DNA of 64,000 bases. It comes from Myxococcales bacterium. GTDB lineage: Bacteria; Myxococcota_A; Polyangia; Polyangiales; Polyangiaceae. Where the stretch lies: the NCBI GenBank assembly GCA_043747615.1, contig JAYTOU010000007.1, forward strand, positions 1 to 64,000. The letters are read 5' to 3'. Shown in pieces: positions 9,299 to 18,000 of the stretch; the stretch's first letter is position 1; every line of letters starts with the position of its first letter. The notes below the pieces were generated by a model. The model saw only the letters and a list, made by a program, of their open reading frames with translations, made no database searches and was not told where the DNA came from. A program made the translations under genes and the position numbers.

Positions 9299-10681
9299 AT
9301 GAGCGAGCTCCCCGTCGTGGCGGCGCGCAGCGAGCTAAAGATCGGCGACACAATCGCGGGGCGTTATCGCCTCGATCGCATTCTCGGGGTGGGGGGAATG
9401 GGGCTCGTCTACGCGGCAACGCACCTTGAGCTCGAGCAGGTGGTGGCCGTGAAATTCATTCGCGCGGGGCTCGCGACCGCCGAGGCGCGGGGTCGTTTCA
9501 TGCGCGAAGCGAGGGCCGTCGTGAAGCTGCGCAGCGAGCATGTCGCGCGCGTTCTCGACGCAGGCACGCTCGAAAGCGGCGACTCGTACATGGTGATGGA
9601 ATATCTCGAGGGGACGGATCTCGCCGTGCACCTCAAGGCGCAGGGCACGCTCCCCGTCGAAGTAGCGAGCACGTACGTTCTGCAAGCGGCGGAGGGTCTC
9701 GCCGAAGCACACGCGATGGGGATCGTGCATCGCGATCTCAAGCCCGCCAATCTCTTTCTCGCGCGGAGCCCCGCAGGCCTGCCACTCGTCAAGGTGCTCG
9801 ACTTCGGGATCTCGAAAGCCAATCCTCTCGGAGAGGCCGGCGCGACCGACGACCTCACGCGCACGTCGGCCATGCTCGGCTCGCCACGCTATATGTCTCC
9901 CGAGCAAATGAAGTCGGCAAAGGACGCCGACGCGCGCAGCGACATCTGGTCACTCGGGATCATTCTTTACCGTCTCGTCAGCGGCTCGGTCCCGTTCGAA
10001 GGAGACACGCTCGGGCAGCTCCTCGCGCGCGTTCTCCAGGATCCAGTACGACCACTCGCCGAGCTCAAGCCCGGCATCCCGCCGGAGTTCGGCGCGCTCG
10101 TCGAGCGCTGCCTGCAAAAAGAGCCGAAGGACCGCTACGCCGATCTGACGCAGCTCGCGCACGCGCTCGAACCGTTCGCATCCGCAGATGTCCGCGGGAC
10201 GGCAGATCGCATCGAGATGGTGTTCCGCGGTCGTGGTGTCCCCGTAGCGCCGCGCGTGAGCACAGCTCCCCCGCCGCTCGGAGCCCACACCACCGCGCCG
10301 ACGGGAGCGACGTGGGAGGGCGCGGGAACGGCTAAAAAAACGGGAATGGCACCTTCCCCGGCGTTGCTCGGCATCATCGCCGCGTCCTTGGCGGTGATTG
10401 TCCCGTGCGCCATCTGGCTTGCAACGAACCACTCCGAGAAAGCCGCGACCTCTCCGCGTCCCTCCGCAACAGCGAGCGCGGCGCCGGTCGAGGTCCCGAT
10501 CGCCGCCACCGCGGTCGTCGAAGCGCAGCCGCCCGCGAGCGCGTCGTCACCTGCGACGATCGCTCCTGCATCAATCGCCACGCCTGCGAGAGCGCCACGG
10601 ATCGACGCCGGAGCGCGACACGCGAAGCCCTCCGCAACACCTGCCTCGGCCGCCGTGCCAACCATCATGGACGCCCCGTGA
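9299..10681 (+). CDS. Hanks-type Ser/Thr protein kinase with TM helix and Pro/Ala-rich tail
   Basis: LGVGGMG, VAVK, HRDLKPAN, DFG, GSPRYMSPEQ, SDIWSLG. Confidence 0.95.
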   Translation: MSELPVVAARSELKIGDTIAGRYRLDRILGVGGMGLVYAATHLELEQVVAVKFIRAGLATAEARGRFMREARAVVKLRSEHVARVLDAGTLESGDSYMVMEYLEGTDLAVHLKAQGTLPVEVASTYVLQAAEGLAEAHAMGIVHRDLKPANLFLARSPAGLPLVKVLDFGISKANPLGEAGATDDLTRTSAMLGSPRYMSPEQMKSAKDADARSDIWSLGIILYRLVSGSVPFEGDTLGQLLARVLQDPVRPLAELKPGIPPEFGALVERCLQKEPKDRYADLTQLAHALEPFASADVRGTADRIEMVFRGRGVPVAPRVSTAPPPLGAHTTAPTGATWEGAGTAKKTGMAPSPALLGIIAASLAVIVPCAIWLATNHSEKAATSPRPSATASAAPVEVPIAATAVVEAQPPASASSPATIAPASIATPARAPRIDAGARHAKPSATPASAAVPTIMDAP

Positions 10682-10740
10682 GAAACGCGCGGCGCCCTTG
10701 TCAGCACCACGCTCTGGGAGTCCGTTGTCTTTAAAGTGAC

Positions 10741-11676
10741 TCAGGGCGTCGGCGTCGACATGTCGAAGCCGCAGTTCATCATCCGGTCTTTGCCGAGGAG
10801 CCGTCTGGCGCGCCGCTTGGCGATTGTATTGTTCAAGCGCTGCTCGGGATCGACATCCCCCGCCGCGAGGATCTCACCGAGTAGCGACTCGTAGAGCTTT
10901 CGGTCCACCTTCAGGCACGCGTACGTCTTCGCGTAATTGAGCTGCACCACGAGGGACTTGCGCTGAGTCTTCGCGAGCGTGTCCTCAAAGAGACGCTTTC
11001 CCTCCGCCATCTCGGCGAAACCGCTGCGCGCGTGGTACGCGGCGAGCGCCAACGTACCTGTATGACGCAAGAACTCGGGATCGAGCTCCACGCTGCGCTC
11101 GACCATGGCGACGCCGATGAAGAGCTCGGCCACCACCTCCGGCTGGTCGCGCAGAAGAGCCGTCCGCGCCATCATTCCGTATCCCGTCCAAAAGAGATTC
11201 GGCGCGTCCTCTTTGTCGTCGAAATTTTCGACGAGCCAAGCCTTCATCGTCGCCGCGTTCCGTCGGTTCGCCGGAGTGAGCACACCCCCGTCGTGCGAGA
11301 GCAGCTCGAGCCCGTATCCGACGGCACGCTCATAGGCCATCTTCGCTCGCTCTTTGTGGTAGTCGGCGAGCGCGTCGTTTCCGGCGTCGATGGCGACGTC
11401 CATGTCGTCCTCGGCGAAGGCGAATCCATAGCCGACCCACGCCTGGGTGAGCATGTAGAGCGCATCCTCGTTGTCGGGCGCGAGGCGGTGCATTCCTTCC
11501 ATCTGCACGAGGCCACCAAAGACGGCGCCGCGCGCGACTTCATAGTCCCCGATGGTTCCGAACACGGTGCTCGCGCGACGCGTGGCTCTGATCTGACCGT
11601 TGGTGAGCATCGAGGAAACGCAGCCAAAATTCAGGCTCACGATGACCATCGCCACGACGAGGAAGAATTTTCGCAT
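10741..11676 (-). CDS. TatT-like (TRAP-T/TPAT T component) TPR-like lipoprotein
   Basis: Lipobox SLNFGC, DYE.AR.A..G.L.QMEG, YG.AF.ED, C-terminal RLNNTIAKRRA. Confidence 0.7.
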   Translation of the reverse strand: MRKFFLVVAMVIVSLNFGCVSSMLTNGQIRATRRASTVFGTIGDYEVARGAVFGGLVQMEGMHRLAPDNEDALYMLTQAWVGYGFAFAEDDMDVAIDAGNDALADYHKERAKMAYERAVGYGLELLSHDGGVLTPANRRNAATMKAWLVENFDDKEDAPNLFWTGYGMMARTALLRDQPEVVAELFIGVAMVERSVELDPEFLRHTGTLALAAYHARSGFAEMAEGKRLFEDTLAKTQRKSLVVQLNYAKTYACLKVDRKLYESLLGEILAAGDVDPEQRLNNTIAKRRARRLLGKDRMMNCGFDMSTPTP

Positions 11677-11677
11677 G

Positions 11678-12550
11678 TCAGAACGTAGCGAATCGCTTGA
11701 GGCGGAAGTAGAGCGGCGTCGCGCTTTTCTCGTTCTTCGGTTTGAGAGGCCCATCCATGAGCGGCATGTACATCACGCGGCGCTGGCTCTCGTCGCCGGT
11801 GGCGGTCGCTTCTGCGACCCGGTGCCAGATCCGTCCGTCGTGGATGGTGAGATCGCCGGCTTCGGCCTCGAGCGCGTACTCCTCGGCATCCGGTTTGTGG
11901 TCGAGAAAATGAGCCTTCCGCGTGAGCATCGGCCAGATCCCTTGAAGCTGCGTTCGCGGGAGGAGGCGGACCCCACCTTTGCTGAGCGGCGAATCGTCGA
12001 GGTAGAAGCCCACGTTCAGGTAGCGCCGCGGCTTCTCCAGGTAGAAGAGATCTCGAAGGCTGTCGGTGTGCCAGCCCAGCCTTTTGTAGGCGGAACCTTT
12101 CGCGCGCCGGTAGTGATTGATGACCAGCCCGTCGCGCTCGTGCTCCGCGATGCGGTAGCCGGGGCCGGCGAGGTCGAGGATCGCCTGGAAGCGCGGCTCC
12201 TCCAGGAACGCGTGCAGGCGGGGCCCAAAGAGCGACGCGAAGACCATCCGTTGGACGAAGCGGGTTCCATCTTCGCGGTTGCCGAACATCAGAGGCACGC
12301 CGTTGATATGGGTGCGCCCTTCGGCGACGAGTCGGCGATCGATCTCCTCGACCTCCTCGATCATCTCGCGCACCTGGTCGCGCGCGAGGAAGCTCTTGAA
12401 GCGGATGAATCCGTACGTCTCGAAGTACGCGAGCTGCTCTTTGGTCAGCCGATTTCCGAGCTGGAACTCGGGCATCTTGATGCTGCGGTTCGCCTCCGGG
12501 ATGTAAGGGGCTTGGGTCAGGTCACCGCTCGACGTCATCTGCATCTCCAT
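11678..12550 (-). CDS. Phytanoyl-CoA dioxygenase (PhyH) family 2OG-Fe(II) oxygenase
   Basis: F...GFI, WHTD (HxD), YLDD....GG...LP, GDL.IHDGRIWH. Confidence 0.85.
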   Translation of the reverse strand: MEMQMTSSGDLTQAPYIPEANRSIKMPEFQLGNRLTKEQLAYFETYGFIRFKSFLARDQVREMIEEVEEIDRRLVAEGRTHINGVPLMFGNREDGTRFVQRMVFASLFGPRLHAFLEEPRFQAILDLAGPGYRIAEHERDGLVINHYRRAKGSAYKRLGWHTDSLRDLFYLEKPRRYLNVGFYLDDSPLSKGGVRLLPRTQLQGIWPMLTRKAHFLDHKPDAEEYALEAEAGDLTIHDGRIWHRVAEATATGDESQRRVMYMPLMDGPLKPKNEKSATPLYFRLKRFATF

Positions 12551-12568
12551 CGCGACACCTCACGCAAT

Positions 12569-12583
12569 ACTTACGCTGTAAGT
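12569..12583. promoter_or_regulatory. Palindromic operator candidate 1 (TetR)
   Basis: ACTTAC-GCT-GTAAGT perfect inverted repeat upstream of the PhyH gene. Confidence 0.65.
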
Positions 12584-12624
12584 TCGCATTGTGCAACCAT
12601 AAATGCATCCGTTCTGCGGAGGCG

Positions 12625-12637
12625 GTACACTGTAAAC
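12625..12637. promoter_or_regulatory. Operator candidate 2 (TetR)
   Basis: GTAC-ACT-GTAAAC, one mismatch to TTAC-N3-GTAA. Confidence 0.5.
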
Positions 12638-12640
12638 CGT

Positions 12641-13336
12641 TTACGTGTGGCGCGCAGCGTCCTTCTGGAAGGCCGTCAGGAGCGCGTCCAGCCCGAATTC
12701 GAAGAGCGCGTCGAAGTACGCTGGGGTGAAGTACACAGTCGCCGCGGTGAGGCTCGGATACGCGCCAGCGAGCTCTGTAAGCACCTGCGGGTCCATCCCC
12801 CGCGAGGCGAAGAAGGCGGTGTTGTTGATCTCGTACAACCCCGTGCCCGTGCAGAAGTTGGCGAGAGAGCGGAAGTTACGCGCCACCGAGAACGCGTCGA
12901 GCCCTTCGTCCATCGCGGCTTTGAACACCGAGTCGTAAAATTTGAAGGAGCTCGGCATGCTCGTCCTCCTCGTGGCGAGGAGCGGAAACGCGTTCGGGTG
13001 GATCCGCGCGAGCGAGCGATAGGAAAGTGCGAGGCCGCGGGCGCGGGAGATCCAATCGCCGGTGAGAGGCGCTTCCACCTTCGACATCAGGCGATCGGCG
13101 ACCGCGTCGAGGAGCTCGTCCTTGCTGGAAACGTGGTTGTAGATGGCCATCGCTTCGCATCCGAGGAGCTTGCCGAGTGTGCGCGTCGTGAACTGCTCGA
13201 GCCCGATGCTGTCGATGAGCTGGAGCGCTGCGGTCACGATGCGCTCGCGGGTGAGCGGAACGCGCGCCGTCTTGGAGCGCTTCTGGGCGAGAGGGCGCGG
13301 AGCTACGCGAGCTCGTGTGGCGGGTCGGGATTTCAT
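12641..13336 (-). CDS. TetR family regulator with TetR_C-type ligand domain
   Basis: LTRERIVTAALQLIDSIGLEQFTTRTLGKLLGCEAMAIYNHVSSKDELLD; FEFGLDALL. Confidence 0.9.
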   Translation of the reverse strand: MKSRPATRARVAPRPLAQKRSKTARVPLTRERIVTAALQLIDSIGLEQFTTRTLGKLLGCEAMAIYNHVSSKDELLDAVADRLMSKVEAPLTGDWISRARGLALSYRSLARIHPNAFPLLATRRTSMPSSFKFYDSVFKAAMDEGLDAFSVARNFRSLANFCTGTGLYEINNTAFFASRGMDPQVLTELAGAYPSLTAATVYFTPAYFDALFEFGLDALLTAFQKDAARHT

Positions 13337-14403
13337 GGCGATGTCGAAGGAGGTGGCGGAAGGTCCAGGGGCGTTTCGTTCGGTTGAAGGGAGCGCACGG
13401 AAACCGATCCGACGGCCGCTCCCACCGGCGCGGTCCCGAGAAGGACGTCTCCCCCGCTCACGGTCCCGCTCCCACGCAAGAGGCCGGCGGCGTCCCGGGT
13501 CAAGGAGACCGTCACCACGAGCCCTTTGACCGTCACCATCGGCTCGGTCGTAACCAGGTTCGCGGGCTCGGTGGATAACGTGACGCTGTCGCCGTCGTCC
13601 TCCGCGCAACCGACCGCCGAAAGCGAGTAGCCAGGCGCAGCGATGCTCGGAAAAAAATCCGAAAACTCGTCGACGTTCCCGGGTCGGGTCGACGGAATCA
13701 CACACTCGGGCTTCGGCAAGAGCCGACACACTTCCGTGAGGCCGCACGGCGTGGGACAGCGGTTCGGATCACGAACGCGCAGCGCGCCGGTGAACTGCGC
13801 TCGAAGCTTCCCCGTCACCGGATCGACGACGATCGATGCGAACTGCTTGAGGAGCGCGCCGACGGGCTGGTTGATATCCAGAAGAAAGAAATAGCCGCCC
13901 GAGGCGAGGAGCTTCGTCCCTTTGCCCGAGCACGCGAACGCATACGAAAAGAGAAGTCGCTTGCGTACCGCCGTGACGTCTCCCGTGCGGTTCGACAGGC
14001 CCGGCTCGATGAGCACCGCGAGCTTCGGACCTACGGGAAAACGGCCTTTTGGCGTGATCTTGAGAGCAATGCCGTCGTCACTGAGTGTCGCCACGCCGCC
14101 GCGATCACCGTCCTCCGGGTCGTGCGAGAAGAGCGGTTTGAGATCCGTCGATTGGTCGCCACGTTCATCCGAGAAGTGACCGTCCGCATCCAAGTCGAGG
14201 TTTACGACCTTGACCCGCAAGGTGTTCGGATCGACCGGCTTCGTGAACGTCAAAACGAGCGGCGCGGCCGAGTCGGCGAGGACGCCGTCCTGAATTCCGT
14301 TGATCGTCGCCGCAGGTGGCGCGACGTAGTTCTCGCATGCGGGCCCGAGGGCACTGGCGAGCGCGAAGAAAAGCGAGTGCAGAACGAGAGTTCGGATGCG
14401 CAT
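13333..14403 (-). CDS. Putative lipoprotein with Ig-like (Big_5-like) domain
   Basis: Signal ending LGPAC, LVLTFTKPVDPNTL motif, small Cys cluster. Confidence 0.6.
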   Translation of the reverse strand: MRIRTLVLHSLFFALASALGPACENYVAPPAATINGIQDGVLADSAAPLVLTFTKPVDPNTLRVKVVNLDLDADGHFSDERGDQSTDLKPLFSHDPEDGDRGGVATLSDDGIALKITPKGRFPVGPKLAVLIEPGLSNRTGDVTAVRKRLLFSYAFACSGKGTKLLASGGYFFLLDINQPVGALLKQFASIVVDPVTGKLRAQFTGALRVRDPNRCPTPCGLTEVCRLLPKPECVIPSTRPGNVDEFSDFFPSIAAPGYSLSAVGCAEDDGDSVTLSTEPANLVTTEPMVTVKGLVVTVSLTRDAAGLLRGSGTVSGGDVLLGTAPVGAAVGSVSVRSLQPNETPLDLPPPPSTSP

Positions 14404-14409
14404 GGCGGC

Positions 14410-16050
14410 TCAGAAGAAAAAGGTGGTGCGCCCCTGCACCATACCGGCGCGGACCGCGTGATGATCGGCGTCTTGGAGGGCCGAGCCGGGGAAGAGAAGC
14501 GCGGCTTCGAGATCGAACGCGAAGTGTTCCATCGCGCGCCACTGGAAGCGGCCGTCGAGCTCGGTGCCGTAGTAGGTGCCGGGGACACCGCCGACGAAGT
14601 TCACGTAGTCGCCGGTCCCGTTCTTCCGCTGAAGAGACGCGACGGGATCGAGCATGCGGGAAGGAGCCCACGCGAAGAGCACGCCGCCGCGGAAGAGAAT
14701 GTCTTTCCACGGACGAAAGTCCATCTGGGGGAAGATGGCCAACGCGTTGGTGAATGCGCCGCGCGAATCGATGGCTTCGACCGGATACGTAGGTGCGTTC
14801 AGGCTCCGCAAGATCTCCACGGCGGCGGCCGCGGCGCGCGCGGTCTGGTAGGCGAGCACGTGCTTGAATAAGAGGAGCCCGACGTTGGCGTCTTCGGCGA
14901 ATCGAAACTGGGTGAGCTGCGAGCGCGGTGACGGATCCGAATCGCCCGACGCATAGTCCGCCTCCAGGTACGCGGACCACTTCGGTCGATCGTAGCGTGC
15001 GCTCCAACGGGCTCCGAATTGCCGCACGGCCTGGCTCACCGGCGGATCATTCGTGATCACTCGGAATGCCTCGGAGACCTCGCGTGTGCTCCCGAAGACT
15101 CCGACGAGATCGAATCCCGTGAAGAGCTTGCCGAGGTGCCCCGTGAGGCGGGTGCCGACGGCGTTGACGCCCGTGTCGTAGGTGGAGTCCCAACGGTAAG
15201 CATGAAACACCCGTGCTTCGAGGTCACGCACCGGACCCACGCGCGGCGCTAGCACGCGAACCGCCGTGATCCAATTGTGGAGCTGACCGCCGAAGGACTG
15301 CGGCTTGCCGGTGACGAGGTGGTCGTAGGCAAGGATCAAGAACGCGCCACGCGACTCCGACGGGTCGGGATGCAGCTTGAATGCCTCGAGCGGCTTCGTG
15401 GCGAAGAGCACGCGATCAGAGCTGTTTCCTCGGTTGGCGAAGCCAAAACGATTGCGCCGGCCATCGCCGTCTGTGACAGCGATACCCATCCCGTCGGTCG
15501 TGGGCTGGCGTCCGATCCTGAAGAGACCGATCGGGGTGACGATGTCTCCATAAAGGCGCCGCACGAACAGGTTCTCGGCGGGGCACACTCCGAACGCGTA
15601 GGAGTCCGTCTGCAGCGGGTTTTTCCCAGGCTGAAGCCTCATGCAAACGGTGGCGTTGTTCGGGTTGCTGGTATTGACGTGGGCCCCGCTGGTCGGCTCC
15701 GGATCGCTACCTAGCGTGCCGTTGTCGCCCCAGATCACTCCGTCCAGGGCGTCGATCGAGGTCGTGATCCGGATCTTGTCGAGGTAGTCCACCGTTCCGT
15801 CGAGGCGGAGCCGGTGCGTAATGTAACCCGCGTTTCGATCGGTCTCCGTGTTGAGAGAGAGCGGCTTTATGGCCAAGGCGTTCGCGCGGTACTCGGCCCC
15901 TCCGCGGAAGCCGTAGTCACCGACCACGACACGTGAAGGGGGAGCGCTCGGATCGTCGTCTGCCCACGGCTCGGGCGTGGCGTGCGCGGGCCCTGCGTGC
16001 AGGACGAGCAAGGCCCCTGCGACGGCAGCGATGACGGACCCAGCTCGCAT
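14410..16050 (-). CDS. Outer-membrane beta-barrel protein (alginate-export-like)
   Basis: Signal peptide, alternating beta strands, FRIGRQP, YASGDSDP, YYGTELD, aromatic C-terminus (FFF). Confidence 0.7.
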   Translation of the reverse strand: MRAGSVIAAVAGALLVLHAGPAHATPEPWADDDPSAPPSRVVVGDYGFRGGAEYRANALAIKPLSLNTETDRNAGYITHRLRLDGTVDYLDKIRITTSIDALDGVIWGDNGTLGSDPEPTSGAHVNTSNPNNATVCMRLQPGKNPLQTDSYAFGVCPAENLFVRRLYGDIVTPIGLFRIGRQPTTDGMGIAVTDGDGRRNRFGFANRGNSSDRVLFATKPLEAFKLHPDPSESRGAFLILAYDHLVTGKPQSFGGQLHNWITAVRVLAPRVGPVRDLEARVFHAYRWDSTYDTGVNAVGTRLTGHLGKLFTGFDLVGVFGSTREVSEAFRVITNDPPVSQAVRQFGARWSARYDRPKWSAYLEADYASGDSDPSPRSQLTQFRFAEDANVGLLLFKHVLAYQTARAAAAAVEILRSLNAPTYPVEAIDSRGAFTNALAIFPQMDFRPWKDILFRGGVLFAWAPSRMLDPVASLQRKNGTGDYVNFVGGVPGTYYGTELDGRFQWRAMEHFAFDLEAALLFPGSALQDADHHAVRAGMVQGRTTFFF

Positions 16051-16054
16051 ATTG

Positions 16055-16067
16055 CTTACGATGTAAA
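16055..16067. promoter_or_regulatory. Operator candidate 3 (TetR)
   Basis: CTTAC-GAT-GTAAA a few bp upstream of ATG 16050. Confidence 0.6.
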
Positions 16068-16140
16068 CCAACTCGGTGAAACACGCTACTTCAATCGATG
16101 GAATCAGCTTTCGCGGAAAGATACACCGCAGTGAGTACGG

Positions 16141-17163
16141 TTACTTGGGCGAGCGGGGAACGACGAGGCGGAGCGCCTGCTTCTCGACCGTGATCCGCGC
16201 GCACGGGAAGAACGGCCACTCTTCGCCGTCGATCTGGGCCGCAAGCGCGACGCCCCCTTCGGGAGATGCGAACGACAGCTCCATGCAGGATGCACGCATT
16301 GACTTGGAGTGCTCGATGCCCACCTCGTTCAGGATTGCCTCGGTGAGTGGGTTTGCCTCGAGATCCACGATCGCTTTCGACGTCCAGTCACGTTTGCCAA
16401 AGAATGGAATGAGCTCGAAGATGCCGTCGTCATGGCGTGAGGTCTCGTCGAACACCCAGGCACCGGCGTAGAAACGCGTCCCCTTGGCGATGAGATCGGT
16501 GAGACCCTCGAGCTCCACGACGTGGCCGTCGAGCGTCGCCCGGACGTTGAACTTGTCGTTGGTGACGTACGAGTCGAGGAATGTCTTGAGGAACGCTACC
16601 GCGTACACGGCGTGATCTCGGTAGATCTCCTTCACCGGTCCAAGGGTTTCGACCACTTTGCGATCTTCGTTGCGCTGCGCGAGCACGCGCGCCGAGAAGC
16701 CGAAGCCCGCCGAATCGAAGAAACGCGCCCGGTGCGGGAGATCGTCGGGAGCGGGACCTTGCTCGAGAAGGCCCGCATCGAGGCGCGTCTCGTGCCCTTC
16801 GCAGATGATCTCCACGTTGCGTTCGAGCGATTCGGGGAGCGCCTCGAGACCGAAGCTTTTTCCTTGGTCGTTTGCCGTACCGGTGGGGAGCATCCCCAGT
16901 GCTACGTCTTGCCTTCGCGCGCTGTCGCAGATCCCAGCGGCCACTTCGCGGAACGTCCCGTCGCCCCCCATGGCCACGACCACCTTGTACCTTCCCCTTG
17001 TGATCTCCTCCGTCACCGCCCCGATCGTGCGGCCTTCAGGCAGTGTGGCGAGCACATCGACGGACACGCCCCTCGCGCGAAAGTACTCCTGCGCGACAGC
17101 GATTCGCTCCTCGTTCTTTCCACTCTGTGCGGTGGCATTCGAGACGAGGAGATGGGTCGCCAT
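16141..17163 (-). CDS. Diacylglycerol/lipid kinase family protein
   Basis: MGGDGTFREV, LPTGTANDQ, AQIDGEE. Confidence 0.9.
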   Translation of the reverse strand: MATHLLVSNATAQSGKNEERIAVAQEYFRARGVSVDVLATLPEGRTIGAVTEEITRGRYKVVVAMGGDGTFREVAAGICDSARRQDVALGMLPTGTANDQGKSFGLEALPESLERNVEIICEGHETRLDAGLLEQGPAPDDLPHRARFFDSAGFGFSARVLAQRNEDRKVVETLGPVKEIYRDHAVYAVAFLKTFLDSYVTNDKFNVRATLDGHVVELEGLTDLIAKGTRFYAGAWVFDETSRHDDGIFELIPFFGKRDWTSKAIVDLEANPLTEAILNEVGIEHSKSMRASCMELSFASPEGGVALAAQIDGEEWPFFPCARITVEKQALRLVVPRSPK

Positions 17164-17178
17164 GCGATCGAAAGTATC

Positions 17179-18000
17179 TCACGTCTGGGGAGCGGCGGGA
17201 TAACGCGCGCGCCACTGGCTCGGCGTTTCGCCTGTGACCTTGCGAAAGAGAAGGCTGAAGTGGTGAAGAGACGCGCACCCAACCTCGAACGCGATGTGCG
17301 TCAGGCTGGCGTCGGTCTCTACGAGCAAGCCCTGTGCAGCCCGAACCCGCGCAAGGCCGACTTCGCGCTGGAACGACGTTTCATGCTCCGACAGACGGCG
17401 CTGCAGGCTTCGTTCGGAGATCCCGATGCTGCTCGCCGCTTCGGGTAGGGCGATACCGCGCAGATTCCGATGAAGAAGCGCCCGCAAATCGCGGAGGACG
17501 GGCGTGGTGCCTGAGACCTTGGCCTGAAGCGCGTCAAGCTCGACCATCAGAGGCCCCGCCCCTTCCATTCCGAGCCAGCGAAGCGCCGCGGCCGGCTCCG
17601 AAAACACCTCCACTGGATAAGGCGGACGAACGATTTGGAAGAAGCCACCGGCGATCGTTCCGAGCAGACCGGGTGGATGCAAGACGGCCAAGCGGTCGAT
17701 CACCTTGGCGATGGCCACGCGATGCTCTTGCACGTAACCGGCGGTGACGGCGAAGGCGGCCGCATCGACCTTCTCGACCCTGCGCGCGTCTACCATCGCC
17801 ACATGAGGCTTCGCTGCACAGGCGTGCACGGTTGGCTTTATTTTTATGGTCTCCTGGAGGTCCTCTTCGTTGAGCCGCCCCCACAAGACGAAGCCCGAGA
17901 AGTGCGCAGAGGCGTAGAAGTAGAGCCACGTACCGCCCGCCAGGTATTTACCAATCGGCGCCTTGACGAAGTCGTCGCGATCCCGCGCCGGCTGCATCAT
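17179..18000 (-). CDS. AraC family transcriptional regulator
   Basis: GISERSLQRRL, ASLTHIAFEVGCASLHHFSLLFRKVTGETPSQWR. Confidence 0.9.
   Translation of the reverse strand: MMQPARDRDDFVKAPIGKYLAGGTWLYFYASAHFSGFVLWGRLNEEDLQETIKIKPTVHACAAKPHVAMVDARRVEKVDAAAFAVTAGYVQEHRVAIAKVIDRLAVLHPPGLLGTIAGGFFQIVRPPYPVEVFSEPAAALRWLGMEGAGPLMVELDALQAKVSGTTPVLRDLRALLHRNLRGIALPEAASSIGISERSLQRRLSEHETSFQREVGLARVRAAQGLLVETDASLTHIAFEVGCASLHHFSLLFRKVTGETPSQWRARYPAAPQT

Noticed and set aside
11600..13387. 595-aa plus-strand ORF
   Set aside because: Antisense to the phyH and tetR genes; no recognisable motifs.
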